DNA from: Gemmatimonadales bacterium
GTDB taxonomy: Bacteria; Gemmatimonadota; Gemmatimonadetes; Gemmatimonadales; GWC2-71-9
DNA length: 64,000 bases
Assembly: GCA_035601235.1 (NCBI GenBank)
Contig: DATNOR010000038.1
Span: 4,858 to 68,857 of the forward strand
Direction: 5' to 3'
Part shown: piece by piece, positions 1 to 11,707 of the stretch
Layout: each line of letters starts with the position of its first letter
How positions within the stretch are numbered: position 1 is the stretch's first letter
Notes under the pieces: model-generated
Databases searched by the model: none
The model's input: the letters and a program-made list of their open reading frames with translations, nothing else
What the model was told of the DNA's origin: nothing
Program-made: the position numbers and the translations under genes

Positions 1-243
1 CACGACGCCGGTAGCGTTGATCACCGGTCCGAGCGACGGAGCGGCGAGCCGGCGCACGCGGGACCGGATCGCCGCGCTCCAGCCCTCGGGCGGCGCGCTG
101 CCGCCGTTGGCACGGGCGGCGTCGATGGTGTCGCGCACCGCGCGCACCACGAGACTGCGCGGCCCGGCGGCCGCGAGCGCCGCGACCTCGGGCTCGGCGA
201 GCAGGGCATCCACGGCGGGCAGGCGGCGGCGCGGGTCCGTCAT
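1..243 (-). CDS. selA: L-seryl-tRNA(Sec) selenium transferase SelA, N-terminal fragment; gene runs off the left edge
   Basis: My own minus-strand translation from ATG 243..241 gives MTDPRRRLPAVDALLAEPEVAALAAAGPRSLVVRAVRDTIDAARANGG...APSLGPVINATGVV. This fits the conserved SelA N-terminus (LPxVDxLL ... RPVINxTGxVLHTNLGR). It is absent from the ORF track because there is no stop inside the window. ATGA overlap with the upstream gene stop at 240..242. Confidence 0.7.
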   Translation of the reverse strand, partial: MTDPRRRLPAVDALLAEPEVAALAAAGPRSLVVRAVRDTIDAARANGGSAPPEGWSAAIRSRVRRLAAPSLGPVINATGVV

Positions 244-1513
244 GGTGGCTTGGGGCGGGCCTTGCTGGTGTCGGTGGCAGGCGGGGCTGGCTTGGGCACC
301 GGCACGACCAGCACGCCCTGCCCATCGGCCGCGACGCCGCTCAAGTTCGTGGCGCCGCGCACGCGCACGAGATACTTGGCGCCGGGCGCGAGCGGCTGGG
401 TCGTCTGGACAACGAGGCGGTCGTAGGGGACGGGGCGCTCGCTCAGCAGCTTGCGGACCCGGGCGGTGTCGAGGTGGACGGAGGTGTCTCGCGCGGCGCG
501 ACCGACGCCCCCCGGAGCAGCGGGTGCCCGCTGGGCTGCTGCGGAGGGGGGCGTCGGTCGAGCGTGCGTCGTGTCTCGGTGCGTCGTATCGCGCAGCCGC
601 TTGAGCGAATCGGCTACCGCCCGGGCGCGCGCCTGAATCGAGTCGAACCGCGCTGGCGTGGAGAGCGCCCGCACCGCGACCGGCGTCGAATCGGGCAAGG
701 TGAGCACCCGCACCATGGCCGTGTCGAGCGCGCGGCGCGGGTCGAGCGGCGCGGAAAACGTCACGCGAAAGTCGACCGAATCGATCGGCTCGACCGTGCG
801 CACCCGTGGGCCCACGGTGTCGTGCACGAACGCCCACAGCAGCGCGCTCGCGGTCGAGTCGACGGTCACGGTCACGGTCACGGTGTCGAACGCCTCGCGG
901 CGGTCCTGGCGTCGGTTGTTGTTCTCGTCCTGGATGGCCCACACGCGGTAGCGCCCCGGCGGCACGGCGGGAAGCCGGAAGTTGCCTCCTGAGTCGGCGA
1001 GCGTGACGTAGGCGACCGTATCGGGGAGCGGCGCGGCGCGGATCACCGCCTGCGGCAGGGTGCGCTGGTCTGCCCAGGCCAGCACCGTGCCGATGAGCGT
1101 CGCGGCCGGAATCGCCGGGCCCGTCGTGAACACGATCGTCGTCCCGGTCTTGGTCACGTTGCGCCGCAGGTCGGTGATCCCGGGGAGCACCTGCAGGTGG
1201 TACACCCGGCCCCGCTGCCATCCCTCGTGCGGCGACACGTGGATCGAGCTGCGGTGCCACGAGACCTTGACGTCGCCTCCCACGGGGGAGAGGACGATCT
1301 TCTGGGCGAGCCCGCCGATCGCGCCGGCGGCCGCCCCGCGCGACGGCATCTCGTCGATCACCTCGTCGAACTGGACGACCGCATCGCCGTGCAGGTCGGG
1401 GACCACCTTCCCGGACTCGGGGACCGTGCGCAGGACGGCCGGGGGGGTGGTGCGGGGCGGGCCGCCGGGCGGATCGCCCTGGCTCGCGCACGCGCCCCCG
1501 CCCACCAGGGCGG

Positions 1514-4243
<2,730 letters not shown>

Positions 4244-4264
4244 TCCTTATAATAGACAGGACTG

Positions 4265-4427
4265 TGGAGGTTAGAGGAGGTTCGGGAGTTTCGGGAGGTT
4301 CGGGAGGTTCGGGAGGTTCGGGGAGGTTGGTTCGCTCGCGTCTCAACCTCCTCTAGCCTCCCGAACCTCCTCTAACCTCCCAAACCTCCTATACCCTCCC
4401 GAACCTCCCCGGTCCTCCCCCATCCTG
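4265..4427. repeat. Long imperfect palindrome built from tandem 9-10 bp units (GGGAGGTTC-type on the left arm, GAACCTCCC-type on the right arm)
   Basis: The left arm 4265..4330 has about 7 tandem units, including three perfect GGGAGGTTC copies at 4293..4319. The centre is 4331..4344. The right arm 4345..4427 has about 8-9 inverted units. 4266..4288 (ggaggttagaggaggttcgggag) is perfectly complementary to 4358..4380. It lies in the divergent valS/thrS intergenic region. Confidence 0.85.
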
Positions 4428-4434
4428 CTAGAAT
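4426..4434 (+). promoter_or_regulatory. Candidate extended -10 element (TGCTAGAAT) for the small ORF/thrS transcript
   Basis: tgcTAGAAT at 4426..4434 matches TGnTAnnnT. The ATG at 4443 lies 8 nt downstream with no Shine-Dalgarno sequence between them, which suggests a leaderless or near-leaderless start. No -35 element identified. Confidence 0.3.
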
Positions 4435-4442
4435 TCCGTCCC

Positions 4443-4601
4443 ATGCCCGACGACGCCCCGGAGCTCCCCACGAGCCGCCTCGCTCGCTGGATCGCGATCG
4501 CGGGGGTGATCGTGTTCGCCGTCGCGCTCTACTTCCGCGACGGGCGCCGGCTGCCGCCGCTCACCAGTCCGGCCGCTGCCGCCGCCCAGCCGGCTCCCTG
4601 A
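4443..4601 (+). CDS. Hypothetical 52-aa single-pass membrane peptide upstream of thrS
   Basis: My own translation: MPDDAPELPTSRLARWIAIAGVIVFAVALYFRDGRRLPPLTSPAAAAAQPAP. It has one hydrophobic helix and G/C-rich third positions. The stop TGA at 4599..4601 is 4 nt before the thrS ATG. It is below the ORF-track size cut-off. Confidence 0.35.
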   Translation: MPDDAPELPTSRLARWIAIAGVIVFAVALYFRDGRRLPPLTSPAAAAAQPAP

Positions 4602-4605
4602 CCCG

Positions 4606-6558
4606 ATGGTCGCCGCCGAAATCCGGGTCACGCTCCCCGATGGGAGCGAAAAGCGCCTGCCCCACGGGTCCACCGGGGCCGATCTCGCCAAGGCGATCGG
4701 GCCGGGGCTCGCTAAGGCGGCGCTCGCCGTGCGCGTCAACGGGAGCGTGTGGGACCTGACGCGCCCTCTCCCCGACGGCGCCACCGTCGCGATCCTCACC
4801 GACAAGGACCCCCAGGCGCTCGACGTGCTGCGGCACTCCTCGGCCCATGTGCTGGCGACCGCGGTGCGGCAGCTCTTCCCCCTCGCCAAAATCGGCTTTG
4901 GGCCGCCGATCGAGGACGGCTTTTACTACGACTTCGAGGTGGGGCGGCCCTTTGCGCCGGAGGATCTGGAGGCGATCGAAAAGAAGATGGTCGACGTCGT
5001 GAAGGCGGACTACCCCTTCGTGCGTGAGGAGGTCTCGCGCGCGGAAGCCAAGATCCGCTTCAAGGACGACCCGCTCAAGCTCGAGCGCATCGATGACCTC
5101 GGCCCGGATGAAGTGATCTCCGTCTATACCGACGGCCCGTTCGTCGACCTGTGCCGCGGGCCCCACGTGCCGAGCACCGGGCGGATCAAGCACTTCAAGC
5201 TGCTGCACGCGGCCGGCGCCTACTGGCGGGGCGACGAGCGCCGCCAGATGCTGCAGCGCATCTACGGCACGGCGTGGTTCACCAAGGACGAGCTCGAGGG
5301 CTATCTGCGGCGGCTCGAGGAGGCCAAGAAGCGTGATCATCGCGTGCTGGGAAAGCAGCTCGATCTGTTCTCGATTCAGGAGGACGTGGGCCCGGGACTG
5401 ATCCTGTGGCATCCCAAAGGCGCGATGCTCAACTTCCAGCTGCGGCGCTTCATCGAGGACGTGATTCTGGAGCGCGGCTATCAGCTGGTCTACACGCCCA
5501 ACGTGACGCGCGAGGAGCTGTTCCTGCGCTCCGGGCACCTGCCGCTGTACGCCGATAACCAGTTCCCGCCGATGGCGGCGGGGGAGGGTGAGGCCGAGGG
5601 CGTGCGCTACCGGGTGAAGCCGATGAACTGCCCGATGCACATCCTCATTTACGCGTCACAGCAGCGCAGCTATCGCGACCTGCCGATCCGGCTCGGCGAG
5701 ATCGCCAACGTGTATCGCAACGAGCGCTCGGGGACGCTGCACGGCATGCTGCGGGTGCGCGGCCTCTCGATGGACGACGCCCATCTGTTCCTGCGCGAGG
5801 ATCAGATCGAGCAGGAGATCTTCCAGCTGCTCGACATCGTGGAGCTGGTGCTGGGGAAGACGTTCGGTCTCTCCTATCGGCTCGATCTCGCCACCCGCCC
5901 CGACAAAAAGCTCGGCACGGACGCGACCTGGGACCAGGCGGAGCGCGCGCTCGAGCAGGCGCTGAAGCACCGCGGCGCCACCTACCGCATCGATCAGGGC
6001 GGCGGCGCGTTTTACGGACCGAAGATCGACATCAAGTTCACCGACGCCATCGGACGCGAGTGGCAGGGCGCCACGATCCAGCTGGACTTCGAGCAGCCCG
6101 AGCGCTTCAAGCTCGAGTACACCGGCGAGGATAACCGACCGCACCGGCCCGTGATGATCCATCGGGCGATCTATGGGACGCTGGAGCGCTTTGTCGGATT
6201 CCTGATCGAGCACTTCGCAGGAGCGTTCCCCCTGTGGCTCGCGCCCGAGCAGGTGCGCGTGCTCCCCATCTCCGCCGCCCAGGCGCCCGCGGCCCGCACT
6301 TTGCACGATCGGCTGCGGGCGGCGGCGATCCGGTCGTCGGTGGACGAGCGCAGCGACACCCTGAATTACCGCATCCGCGACGCGGAGCTCCACAAGGTGC
6401 CCTACATGGCCGTGGTGGGGCAGCGCGAAGCCGAATCTGGTAGCGCGGCGGTGCGCGCCCGCGGGGAAGGGAAGAAGCAGGTGGTGCTACCGGTAGACGA
6501 ATTCGTGGCGAAACTGGGTGAGGAGATTCGCACCCGCTCACTGGCCCCGTTAGTTTGA
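4606..6558 (+). CDS. thrS: Threonine--tRNA ligase
   Basis: 650 aa. N-terminal TGS domain, editing-domain motif (HSSAHVLA), class II core (FYYDF, RVRGLSMDDAHLF) and a C-terminal anticodon-binding domain. Confidence 0.97.
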   Translation: MVAAEIRVTLPDGSEKRLPHGSTGADLAKAIGPGLAKAALAVRVNGSVWDLTRPLPDGATVAILTDKDPQALDVLRHSSAHVLATAVRQLFPLAKIGFGPPIEDGFYYDFEVGRPFAPEDLEAIEKKMVDVVKADYPFVREEVSRAEAKIRFKDDPLKLERIDDLGPDEVISVYTDGPFVDLCRGPHVPSTGRIKHFKLLHAAGAYWRGDERRQMLQRIYGTAWFTKDELEGYLRRLEEAKKRDHRVLGKQLDLFSIQEDVGPGLILWHPKGAMLNFQLRRFIEDVILERGYQLVYTPNVTREELFLRSGHLPLYADNQFPPMAAGEGEAEGVRYRVKPMNCPMHILIYASQQRSYRDLPIRLGEIANVYRNERSGTLHGMLRVRGLSMDDAHLFLREDQIEQEIFQLLDIVELVLGKTFGLSYRLDLATRPDKKLGTDATWDQAERALEQALKHRGATYRIDQGGGAFYGPKIDIKFTDAIGREWQGATIQLDFEQPERFKLEYTGEDNRPHRPVMIHRAIYGTLERFVGFLIEHFAGAFPLWLAPEQVRVLPISAAQAPAARTLHDRLRAAAIRSSVDERSDTLNYRIRDAELHKVPYMAVVGQREAESGSAAVRARGEGKKQVVLPVDEFVAKLGEEIRTRSLAPLV

Positions 6559-6576
6559 GAGTGATCCACGGGCTTG

Positions 6577-6643
6577 GACCCCGGGCTTGCGCCCGGGGTC
6601 AGCTAAAACCGCTGCACACTGACCCCGGACGCAAGTCCGGGGT
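6577..6643 (+). terminator. Pair of related GC-rich hairpins downstream of thrS (possible terminator or palindromic repeat)
   Basis: Hairpin 1 at 6577..6600 is GACCCCGGGC-TTGC-GCCCGGGGTC. Hairpin 2 at 6622..6643 is ACCCCGGAC-GCAA-GTCCGGGGT. Hairpin 2 closely resembles the reverse complement of hairpin 1. Neither is followed by a clear U-tract. Confidence 0.4.
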
Positions 6644-6658
6644 GGGAACGACGGCCAG

Positions 6659-7852
6659 ATGAGCACTAGCGACGAAACCACCCCAGTGATCCTGTCCGCC
6701 TGCCGCACCCCCGTCGGCAAGTACCTGGGGGGTCTGTCGACGCTCCCCGCGCCGCGCTTAGGCGCGCTCGTGATCCGCGAGGCGGTGCGCCGGGCGGGCG
6801 TCGAGCCGGCCGCCGTGGACGAAGTGATCATGGGCAACGTGCTGCAGGGCGGCGTGGGCCAGGCGCCGGCGCGCCAGGCGGCAATCCACGCCGGCCTCCC
6901 CGGCACCGTGCCCGCGCTCACCATCAACAAGGTGTGCGGCTCGGGGCTCAAGGCGGTGATGCTCGCGGCGCAAGCGATTAAAGCAGCCGACGTGCAATGC
7001 GTGGTCGCCGGTGGCATGGAGTCGATGTCCAACGCGCCCCATTACGTGTACGGCATGCGCGGTGGGATCAAGCTGGGTAACCGGGAGCTCGTGGACGGCA
7101 TGATCCGCGACGGCCTGTGGGATTCGTTCTCGGACGTCCACATGGGCAGCCTGGCCGAATACACCGCCAAGAAGGCGGGCGTATCGCGCCTGGAGCAGGA
7201 CCGCTTCGCCCTCGCCAGTCACCAGAAGGCCGCGGCCGCAATGGCGGCGTGCCGCTTCAAGGCGGAGATCGTGCCGGTCGAGGTTCCGGGGAAGGGCACG
7301 CCGACCGTGATCGAGAAGGACGAAGGGCCCCGCAAGGACACATCGCTCGAGGCGCTTGCCGCGCTGAAACCGTCATTTGAGCCGGGCGGCACCGTCACGG
7401 CGGGCAACGCGCCGGGCCTGAACGACGGTGCCAGCGCGCTCGTCGTCGCATCGCTCGCGTTCGCCAGGGCTCACGGGCTCACACCCCTGGCGCGCATCAC
7501 CGCTTACGCCACCGGCGGCGGCGAGCCCAAGGAGCTGTTCTTCGCGCCTATCGTCGCCGTGAAAACTCTCATGGCGAAAGCCAACACGACTATCGACGAC
7601 TACGCGCTGATCGAGGCGAACGAGGCGTTCGCCGTGCAGGCCCTGGCCGACGGCCGCGCCCTCGGCTGGGACTGGGAGCGCGTCAACGTGAACGGCGGCG
7701 CCATCGCGCTCGGGCATCCCATCGGCGCGTCGGGCGCCCGCGTGCTCACGACGCTGCTCTATGCTCTGCAGGACCGGAAGCAGACGACTGGACTCGCCAC
7801 CCTGTGTCTCGGGGGCGGCAATGCCGTGGCCCTCAGCGTGGAGATGCTCTGA
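6659..7852 (+). CDS. Acetyl-CoA C-acetyltransferase (thiolase II)
   Basis: 397 aa. Active-site Cys context NKVCGSGLKAV, plus NVNGGAIALGHPIGASGAR and CLGGGNAVAL near the C-terminus. Confidence 0.95.
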   Translation: MSTSDETTPVILSACRTPVGKYLGGLSTLPAPRLGALVIREAVRRAGVEPAAVDEVIMGNVLQGGVGQAPARQAAIHAGLPGTVPALTINKVCGSGLKAVMLAAQAIKAADVQCVVAGGMESMSNAPHYVYGMRGGIKLGNRELVDGMIRDGLWDSFSDVHMGSLAEYTAKKAGVSRLEQDRFALASHQKAAAAMAACRFKAEIVPVEVPGKGTPTVIEKDEGPRKDTSLEALAALKPSFEPGGTVTAGNAPGLNDGASALVVASLAFARAHGLTPLARITAYATGGGEPKELFFAPIVAVKTLMAKANTTIDDYALIEANEAFAVQALADGRALGWDWERVNVNGGAIALGHPIGASGARVLTTLLYALQDRKQTTGLATLCLGGGNAVALSVEML

Positions 7853-8415
7853 TGCAGGCGCAAACCGCCCTGGTGTCCGCTCCCTCCGTCACCGCGCGAC
7901 GCGCCCTCGCCGTGCCGCTGGGCGCCGCCCTGGTGGCGATCGCGGCTCAGATCGCGATCCCGCTCCCCGGTACTCCCGTCCCGATGACGCTGCAGCCGCT
8001 GGCCGTGCTGCTGGTGGGCGGGTGGCTCGGCGCCCGGCTCGGCGCCGGCGCACTGATCTTTTATCTCGCGCTCGGCGCCGCGGGCCTCCCGGTGTTCACG
8101 CCGTACGGCCTCCCCGGCATCGCCCGGCTGCTCGGGCCCACCGGCGGGTATTTGCTCGCCTACCCGGTCGCCGCGTTCGCGGTCGGAAAGCTCATCGCAG
8201 ACGGCGCGCGCTGGACGCGGGTCACCATCGCCGTCTTCACCGGCCTGGTCCTGATTCACCTCGGCGGCCTGGCCCAGCTGTTGATTCTCACGGGCAGCGC
8301 GACGGGGGCGCTGCGACTCGGTACGCTTCCGTTTCTGATCGGCGACTTGGTAAAAGTCGCGATCGCCGTCCTGGTCCTGAAGCCAACGGTGACTCCCCTC
8401 CGCGCGCGCCTATGA
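7852..8415 (+). CDS. bioY: Biotin transporter BioY (ECF S-component family)
   Basis: Polytopic membrane protein with [27 protein letters not shown] and FLIGDLVKV, typical of BioY. The start is chosen at ATG 7852, which shares one base with the thiolase stop (TGATG). Confidence 0.85.
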   Translation: MQAQTALVSAPSVTARRALAVPLGAALVAIAAQIAIPLPGTPVPMTLQPLAVLLVGGWLGARLGAGALIFYLALGAAGLPVFTPYGLPGIARLLGPTGGYLLAYPVAAFAVGKLIADGARWTRVTIAVFTGLVLIHLGGLAQLLILTGSATGALRLGTLPFLIGDLVKVAIAVLVLKPTVTPLRARL

Positions 8416-9287
8416 CGGCGCGCGTTTCGTTTGCGCACCGGGCCCGAGCCCCGGCCGTCGCGGTCGTGTGGATCGCGGCGTTCGCCCTCGTGGGCGCGGC
8501 GGCAGGCTACGGTTTGACGCTCGTGCCGCTGGCCCTGGAGGTCGATGCGCGGTGGGCGCTCGCCTGGAGCTCGTTGCCCTGGGCAGCCGGCTTCGCCCTG
8601 GCGACCTGGCTCGTGGGCCGCGTGCTCGAGCGGCGATCGTGGGAGGAACTGGGCTGGCGCCCGCGCACCGGCATGCCCCTGGCTCTGCTGGGCGGCACCG
8701 CCCTCGGCGCCACCATGGCGGTCTGCGCGGTGGGCCTGGCGGTGATCGCTGGTCGCGCCGCGATCGCCGTTACGGCCGACGGCGGCGGGTGGAGGGCCGC
8801 AGCCATGCCGCTGGGCGTCGGATTCCTGGTCGCGGCCCTGGCCGAAGAGCTGGCCTTCCGCGGCTACCCGCTCCGTCGCCTCGCCGCCGCGACGGGCCCC
8901 GTTCCCGCCACCGCCGTCACCGCGCTCGGCTTCGGGCTGTTGCACCTCGGGAATCCCGGCGCCACGGTGTTTTCGACCGTGAACGTCGCGCTCGCGGGCG
9001 TGTGGCTCGCCGCCGCACTGTTCTCGCCGGGCGCGATGCCGCTCGCCTGGGGCGCCCATTTCGGGTGGAACGCGACCCTGGCCCTCGGGTTCGCGGCGCC
9101 GGTGAGCGGCTACGCGTTTCCGCTGCCGGCGCTCGCGTATCGTCCGGGTGCGCACGCGTGGATCGACGGCGGGGTCTTCGGGCCGGAGGGCGGCGTCGTC
9201 AGCACGCTGGTGATGCTCGCGGGCAGCGCGGCCCTGGTCGCGTGGAGCGGGCGCGCCCCGCGCGTGGAGCGGGAGACCGCGCTGTGA
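8412..9287 (+). CDS. CPBP family intramembrane glutamic endopeptidase (CAAX protease-like)
   Basis: C-terminal part of ORF 7761..9287. Motifs [16 protein letters not shown] and HFGWN lie within multiple TM helices. The start ATG 8412 forms an ATGA overlap with the bioY stop. Confidence 0.8.
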   Translation: MTARVSFAHRARAPAVAVVWIAAFALVGAAAGYGLTLVPLALEVDARWALAWSSLPWAAGFALATWLVGRVLERRSWEELGWRPRTGMPLALLGGTALGATMAVCAVGLAVIAGRAAIAVTADGGGWRAAAMPLGVGFLVAALAEELAFRGYPLRRLAAATGPVPATAVTALGFGLLHLGNPGATVFSTVNVALAGVWLAAALFSPGAMPLAWGAHFGWNATLALGFAAPVSGYAFPLPALAYRPGAHAWIDGGVFGPEGGVVSTLVMLAGSAALVAWSGRAPRVERETAL

Positions 9288-10132
9288 GCCGGGTGGCGGT
9301 GGTGGGGGCTGGGACGATGGGGAACGGCATCGCCCACGTGTTCGCGCAGCACGGGTGGGACACGGCGCTGATCGACGTGGCGCCCGGCCTGCTCGAGCGG
9401 GTGATCGGGATCATCCGGGCGAACCTGGAGCGTCAGGTGAAGAAGGGGACGCTCACCGCCGAGCAGCGCGACGCCGCGCTGGGGCGCATTCGGACGGCGT
9501 CGAGCCTCGACGCGGTGGCCGACGTGGAGCTCGTCGTGGAGGCCGCAACCGAGCAGCCCGACGTCAAGTTCCGGATCTTCCGCGACCTGGACCGGCTGGC
9601 GCCGCCCACCGCGATCCTTGCCACCAACACCTCGTCGATCTCGATCACGACGATCGCCGCCCAGACGCGGCGGCCCGCGCGGGTGATCGGGATGCACTTC
9701 ATGAATCCGGTGCCGGTGATGCAGCTCGTCGAGGTGATCCGGGGGCTCGAGACGGACGACGAGACTGTGGTGAAGGTTGTGGAGGTTGTGGAGGCGTTGG
9801 GCAAGACCGCCGTCCTGGTCAACGACGCGCCCGGATTCGTATCCAACCGCGTCCTCATGCCGATGATCAACGAGGCCGCGTTCTGCGTGATGGAAGGTGT
9901 GGCGACGCCCGAGGCGGTCGACACCGTGATGAAGCTCGGCATGAACCATCCCCTCGGGCCGTTGGCGCTCGCCGACCTGATCGGCCTGGACGTGTGTCTC
10001 GCGATCCTCGAGGTGCTGCAGCGCGACCTGGGGGACGACAAGTACCGTCCCGCGCCGCTGTTGCGGAAACTCGTCGCGGCGGGGCGGCTCGGTCGCAAGA
10101 GCGGGCGCGGCTTCTATGTCTATCGCGATTGA
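9284..10132 (+). CDS. hbd: 3-hydroxybutyryl-CoA (3-hydroxyacyl-CoA) dehydrogenase
   Basis: C-terminal part of ORF 8468..10132. Begins [21 protein letters not shown] (Rossmann GxGxxG), and carries NTSSISIT and PGFVSNRVL motifs. GTG 9284 forms a GTGA overlap with the preceding stop. 282 aa, a typical Hbd length. Confidence 0.9.
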   Translation: MSRVAVVGAGTMGNGIAHVFAQHGWDTALIDVAPGLLERVIGIIRANLERQVKKGTLTAEQRDAALGRIRTASSLDAVADVELVVEAATEQPDVKFRIFRDLDRLAPPTAILATNTSSISITTIAAQTRRPARVIGMHFMNPVPVMQLVEVIRGLETDDETVVKVVEVVEALGKTAVLVNDAPGFVSNRVLMPMINEAAFCVMEGVATPEAVDTVMKLGMNHPLGPLALADLIGLDVCLAILEVLQRDLGDDKYRPAPLLRKLVAAGRLGRKSGRGFYVYRD

Positions 10133-11261
10133 GCCCGCGGGTCTCTCGGAGACGCAGCGCCAGATCATCGAGCTGGCGCGCGAGTTCGCGCGCACCCGCA
10201 TCGAGCCGTTCGCGGCCGAGTGGGACCGCACCGCCCACTTCGCCCGTGACGTGATCAACGCGCTCGGGGAGCTGGGGTTTCTCGGGATGTGCGCGCCCGA
10301 GGAGTGCGACGGCATGGGCCTCGACACGGTGACCTACCTGCTCGCACTGGAAGAGATCGCGGCGGCGGACGCGAGCATCGCGGTGTCGCTCTCCATCCAC
10401 AACGCCATGCCCACGACGATGCTCGTGCGCCACGGGACGGCGGCACAGAAAGAGCGGTTCCTCAAGCGGATGGCCCGGGGCGAGCTGCTGGCGGGGTTCG
10501 CGCTCTCGGAGCCCGAGTCCGGCTCCGATGCCGCCGCGCTGCGCACGCGGGCGGTGCGGGACGGCGACCACTGGGTGCTCTCGGGGACGAAGGCGTGGGC
10601 GACGAACGGCGCCACGGCCGACCTCATGATGGTGATGGCCCGCACGGAGCGCGGCATCTCCGCCTTCATTGTGCCCACCGACACGCCGGGTTATCGTCCG
10701 GGGAAGCCCGAGGAGAAGATGGGCCTGCGCGCCTCCAACACGGTCGCGCTCGCGCTCGAGGACGTGCGCCTGCCGGCCGACCATCTGGTGGGCGAGGACG
10801 GGGCGGGGTTCGGGTACGCGATGGAGGGCCTCGACGCCGGCCGGCTGGGGATCGCGGTGCAGGCGGTGGCCATCGCGCGGCGCGCGCTCGAGCATGCGGT
10901 GGCGTACTGCGACGAGCGCAAGCAGTTCGGCCGGTCGTTGCGCGAGTTCGAGGGCGTGCAATTCAAGCTCGCCGACATGGCCACGCGGGTGGAGGCGGCG
11001 CGCGCGCTGGCCCACCTGGCGGGGGCGCGTCGCGACCGGGGCGAGGATGTCACCACCTCGGCGAGCATGGCCAAGCTGTTCGCTTCCGAGACTGCGATGT
11101 GGGTCACGACGCAGGCGGTGCAGCTGTTCGGCGGGTACGGCTACATGCGCGACTTCCCCGTGGAAAAGCTGTTCCGGGACGCCAAGGTGACGGAGATCTA
11201 TGAGGGGACCAGTGAAATCCAGCGGATCCTCGTCGCCCGCGGGCTCTATCCCCGTGGCTGA
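10116..11261 (+). CDS. Acyl-CoA dehydrogenase (short/butyryl-chain type)
   Basis: 381 aa. Motifs [21 protein letters not shown] and [12 protein letters not shown]. Overlaps the hbd 3' end by 17 nt. Confidence 0.93.
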   Translation: MSIAIEPAGLSETQRQIIELAREFARTRIEPFAAEWDRTAHFARDVINALGELGFLGMCAPEECDGMGLDTVTYLLALEEIAAADASIAVSLSIHNAMPTTMLVRHGTAAQKERFLKRMARGELLAGFALSEPESGSDAAALRTRAVRDGDHWVLSGTKAWATNGATADLMMVMARTERGISAFIVPTDTPGYRPGKPEEKMGLRASNTVALALEDVRLPADHLVGEDGAGFGYAMEGLDAGRLGIAVQAVAIARRALEHAVAYCDERKQFGRSLREFEGVQFKLADMATRVEAARALAHLAGARRDRGEDVTTSASMAKLFASETAMWVTTQAVQLFGGYGYMRDFPVEKLFRDAKVTEIYEGTSEIQRILVARGLYPRG

Positions 11262-11269
11262 GGCGATCC

Positions 11270-11707
11270 TTGCCTGAGCGGATTTACGTCGGCGCCGACC
11301 ACGCCGGCTTCCAGCTGAAGGGGCAGCTCGTGGATGAGCTCACGCGGCTCGGCTACGAGCCGGTGGACGTGGGGCCGCAGACGATGGACCCGGCGGATGA
11401 TTTTCCCGACTACGGCCGCCCCGTGGCGGAGGCCGTCAGCACCGGGAAGGCGCGGCGCGGGGTGCTGACCTGCGGCACCGGGCTCGGGATGGCGTATGTG
11501 GCGAACCGGTTCCCGCGCGTGCGCGCGGCGGTGGCCTGGAGCCCGGAGATCGCAGAGCTGGCGCGCAAGCACAACGACGCCAACGTGCTCGTGTTGCCTG
11601 CGCGGTTCGTGAGCGAGGAGGAAGGGTTGCAGATCCTGCACACATGGCTCGACACCGCCTTCGAGGGCGGGCGCCACGAGCGGCGCGTGGCCAAGATCGA
11701 GTCATGA
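11270..11707 (+). CDS. rpiB: Ribose-5-phosphate isomerase B (RpiB/LacA/LacB family)
   Basis: 145 aa. [10 protein letters not shown], the catalytic region CGTGLGM and [13 protein letters not shown]. Confidence 0.9.
   Translation: MPERIYVGADHAGFQLKGQLVDELTRLGYEPVDVGPQTMDPADDFPDYGRPVAEAVSTGKARRGVLTCGTGLGMAYVANRFPRVRAAVAWSPEIAELARKHNDANVLVLPARFVSEEEGLQILHTWLDTAFEGGRHERRVAKIES

Noticed and set aside
17-604. 195-aa plus-strand ORF and 62-aa minus-strand ORF at the left edge
   Set aside because: The plus-strand ORF is antisense to the selA start and the Ig-like lipoprotein, and its product is Arg/Ala low-complexity. The 62-aa minus-strand ORF is out of frame with the selA-like reading frame, which shows real family motifs.
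4265-4427. Possible CRISPR array, because of short direct repeats
   Set aside because: The units are only 9-10 bp and directly abut each other with no spacers. The second half is the inverted complement of the first, and no cas genes are in the window.
4244-4606. T-box or other known riboswitch leader upstream of valS, thrS or ileS
   Set aside because: I could find no specifier loop or T-box consensus (AAUUAGGGUGGNACCGCG-like). ileS has no leader at all because of its TGATG junction, and valS appears to start within a few nt of a -10-like hexamer.
7761-9287. Single 508-aa ORF spanning the bioY region and the CPBP protease (likewise 8468..10132, 41809..45450, 45945..47384 and 55194..56237)
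   Set aside because: The N-terminal halves are out-of-frame read-through over the upstream gene and are Arg/Pro-rich. Recognisable homology begins at internal ATG/GTG codons that overlap the upstream stop, so the shorter models were adopted.
9781-9794. 14-nt identity (ggaggttgtggagg) between hbd and tilS (31002..31015) as evidence of a shared inserted element
   Set aside because: A 14-mer match of G-rich composition is expected by chance in 64 kb of biased sequence. In hbd it encodes an ordinary VEVVEALG helix found in this enzyme family.
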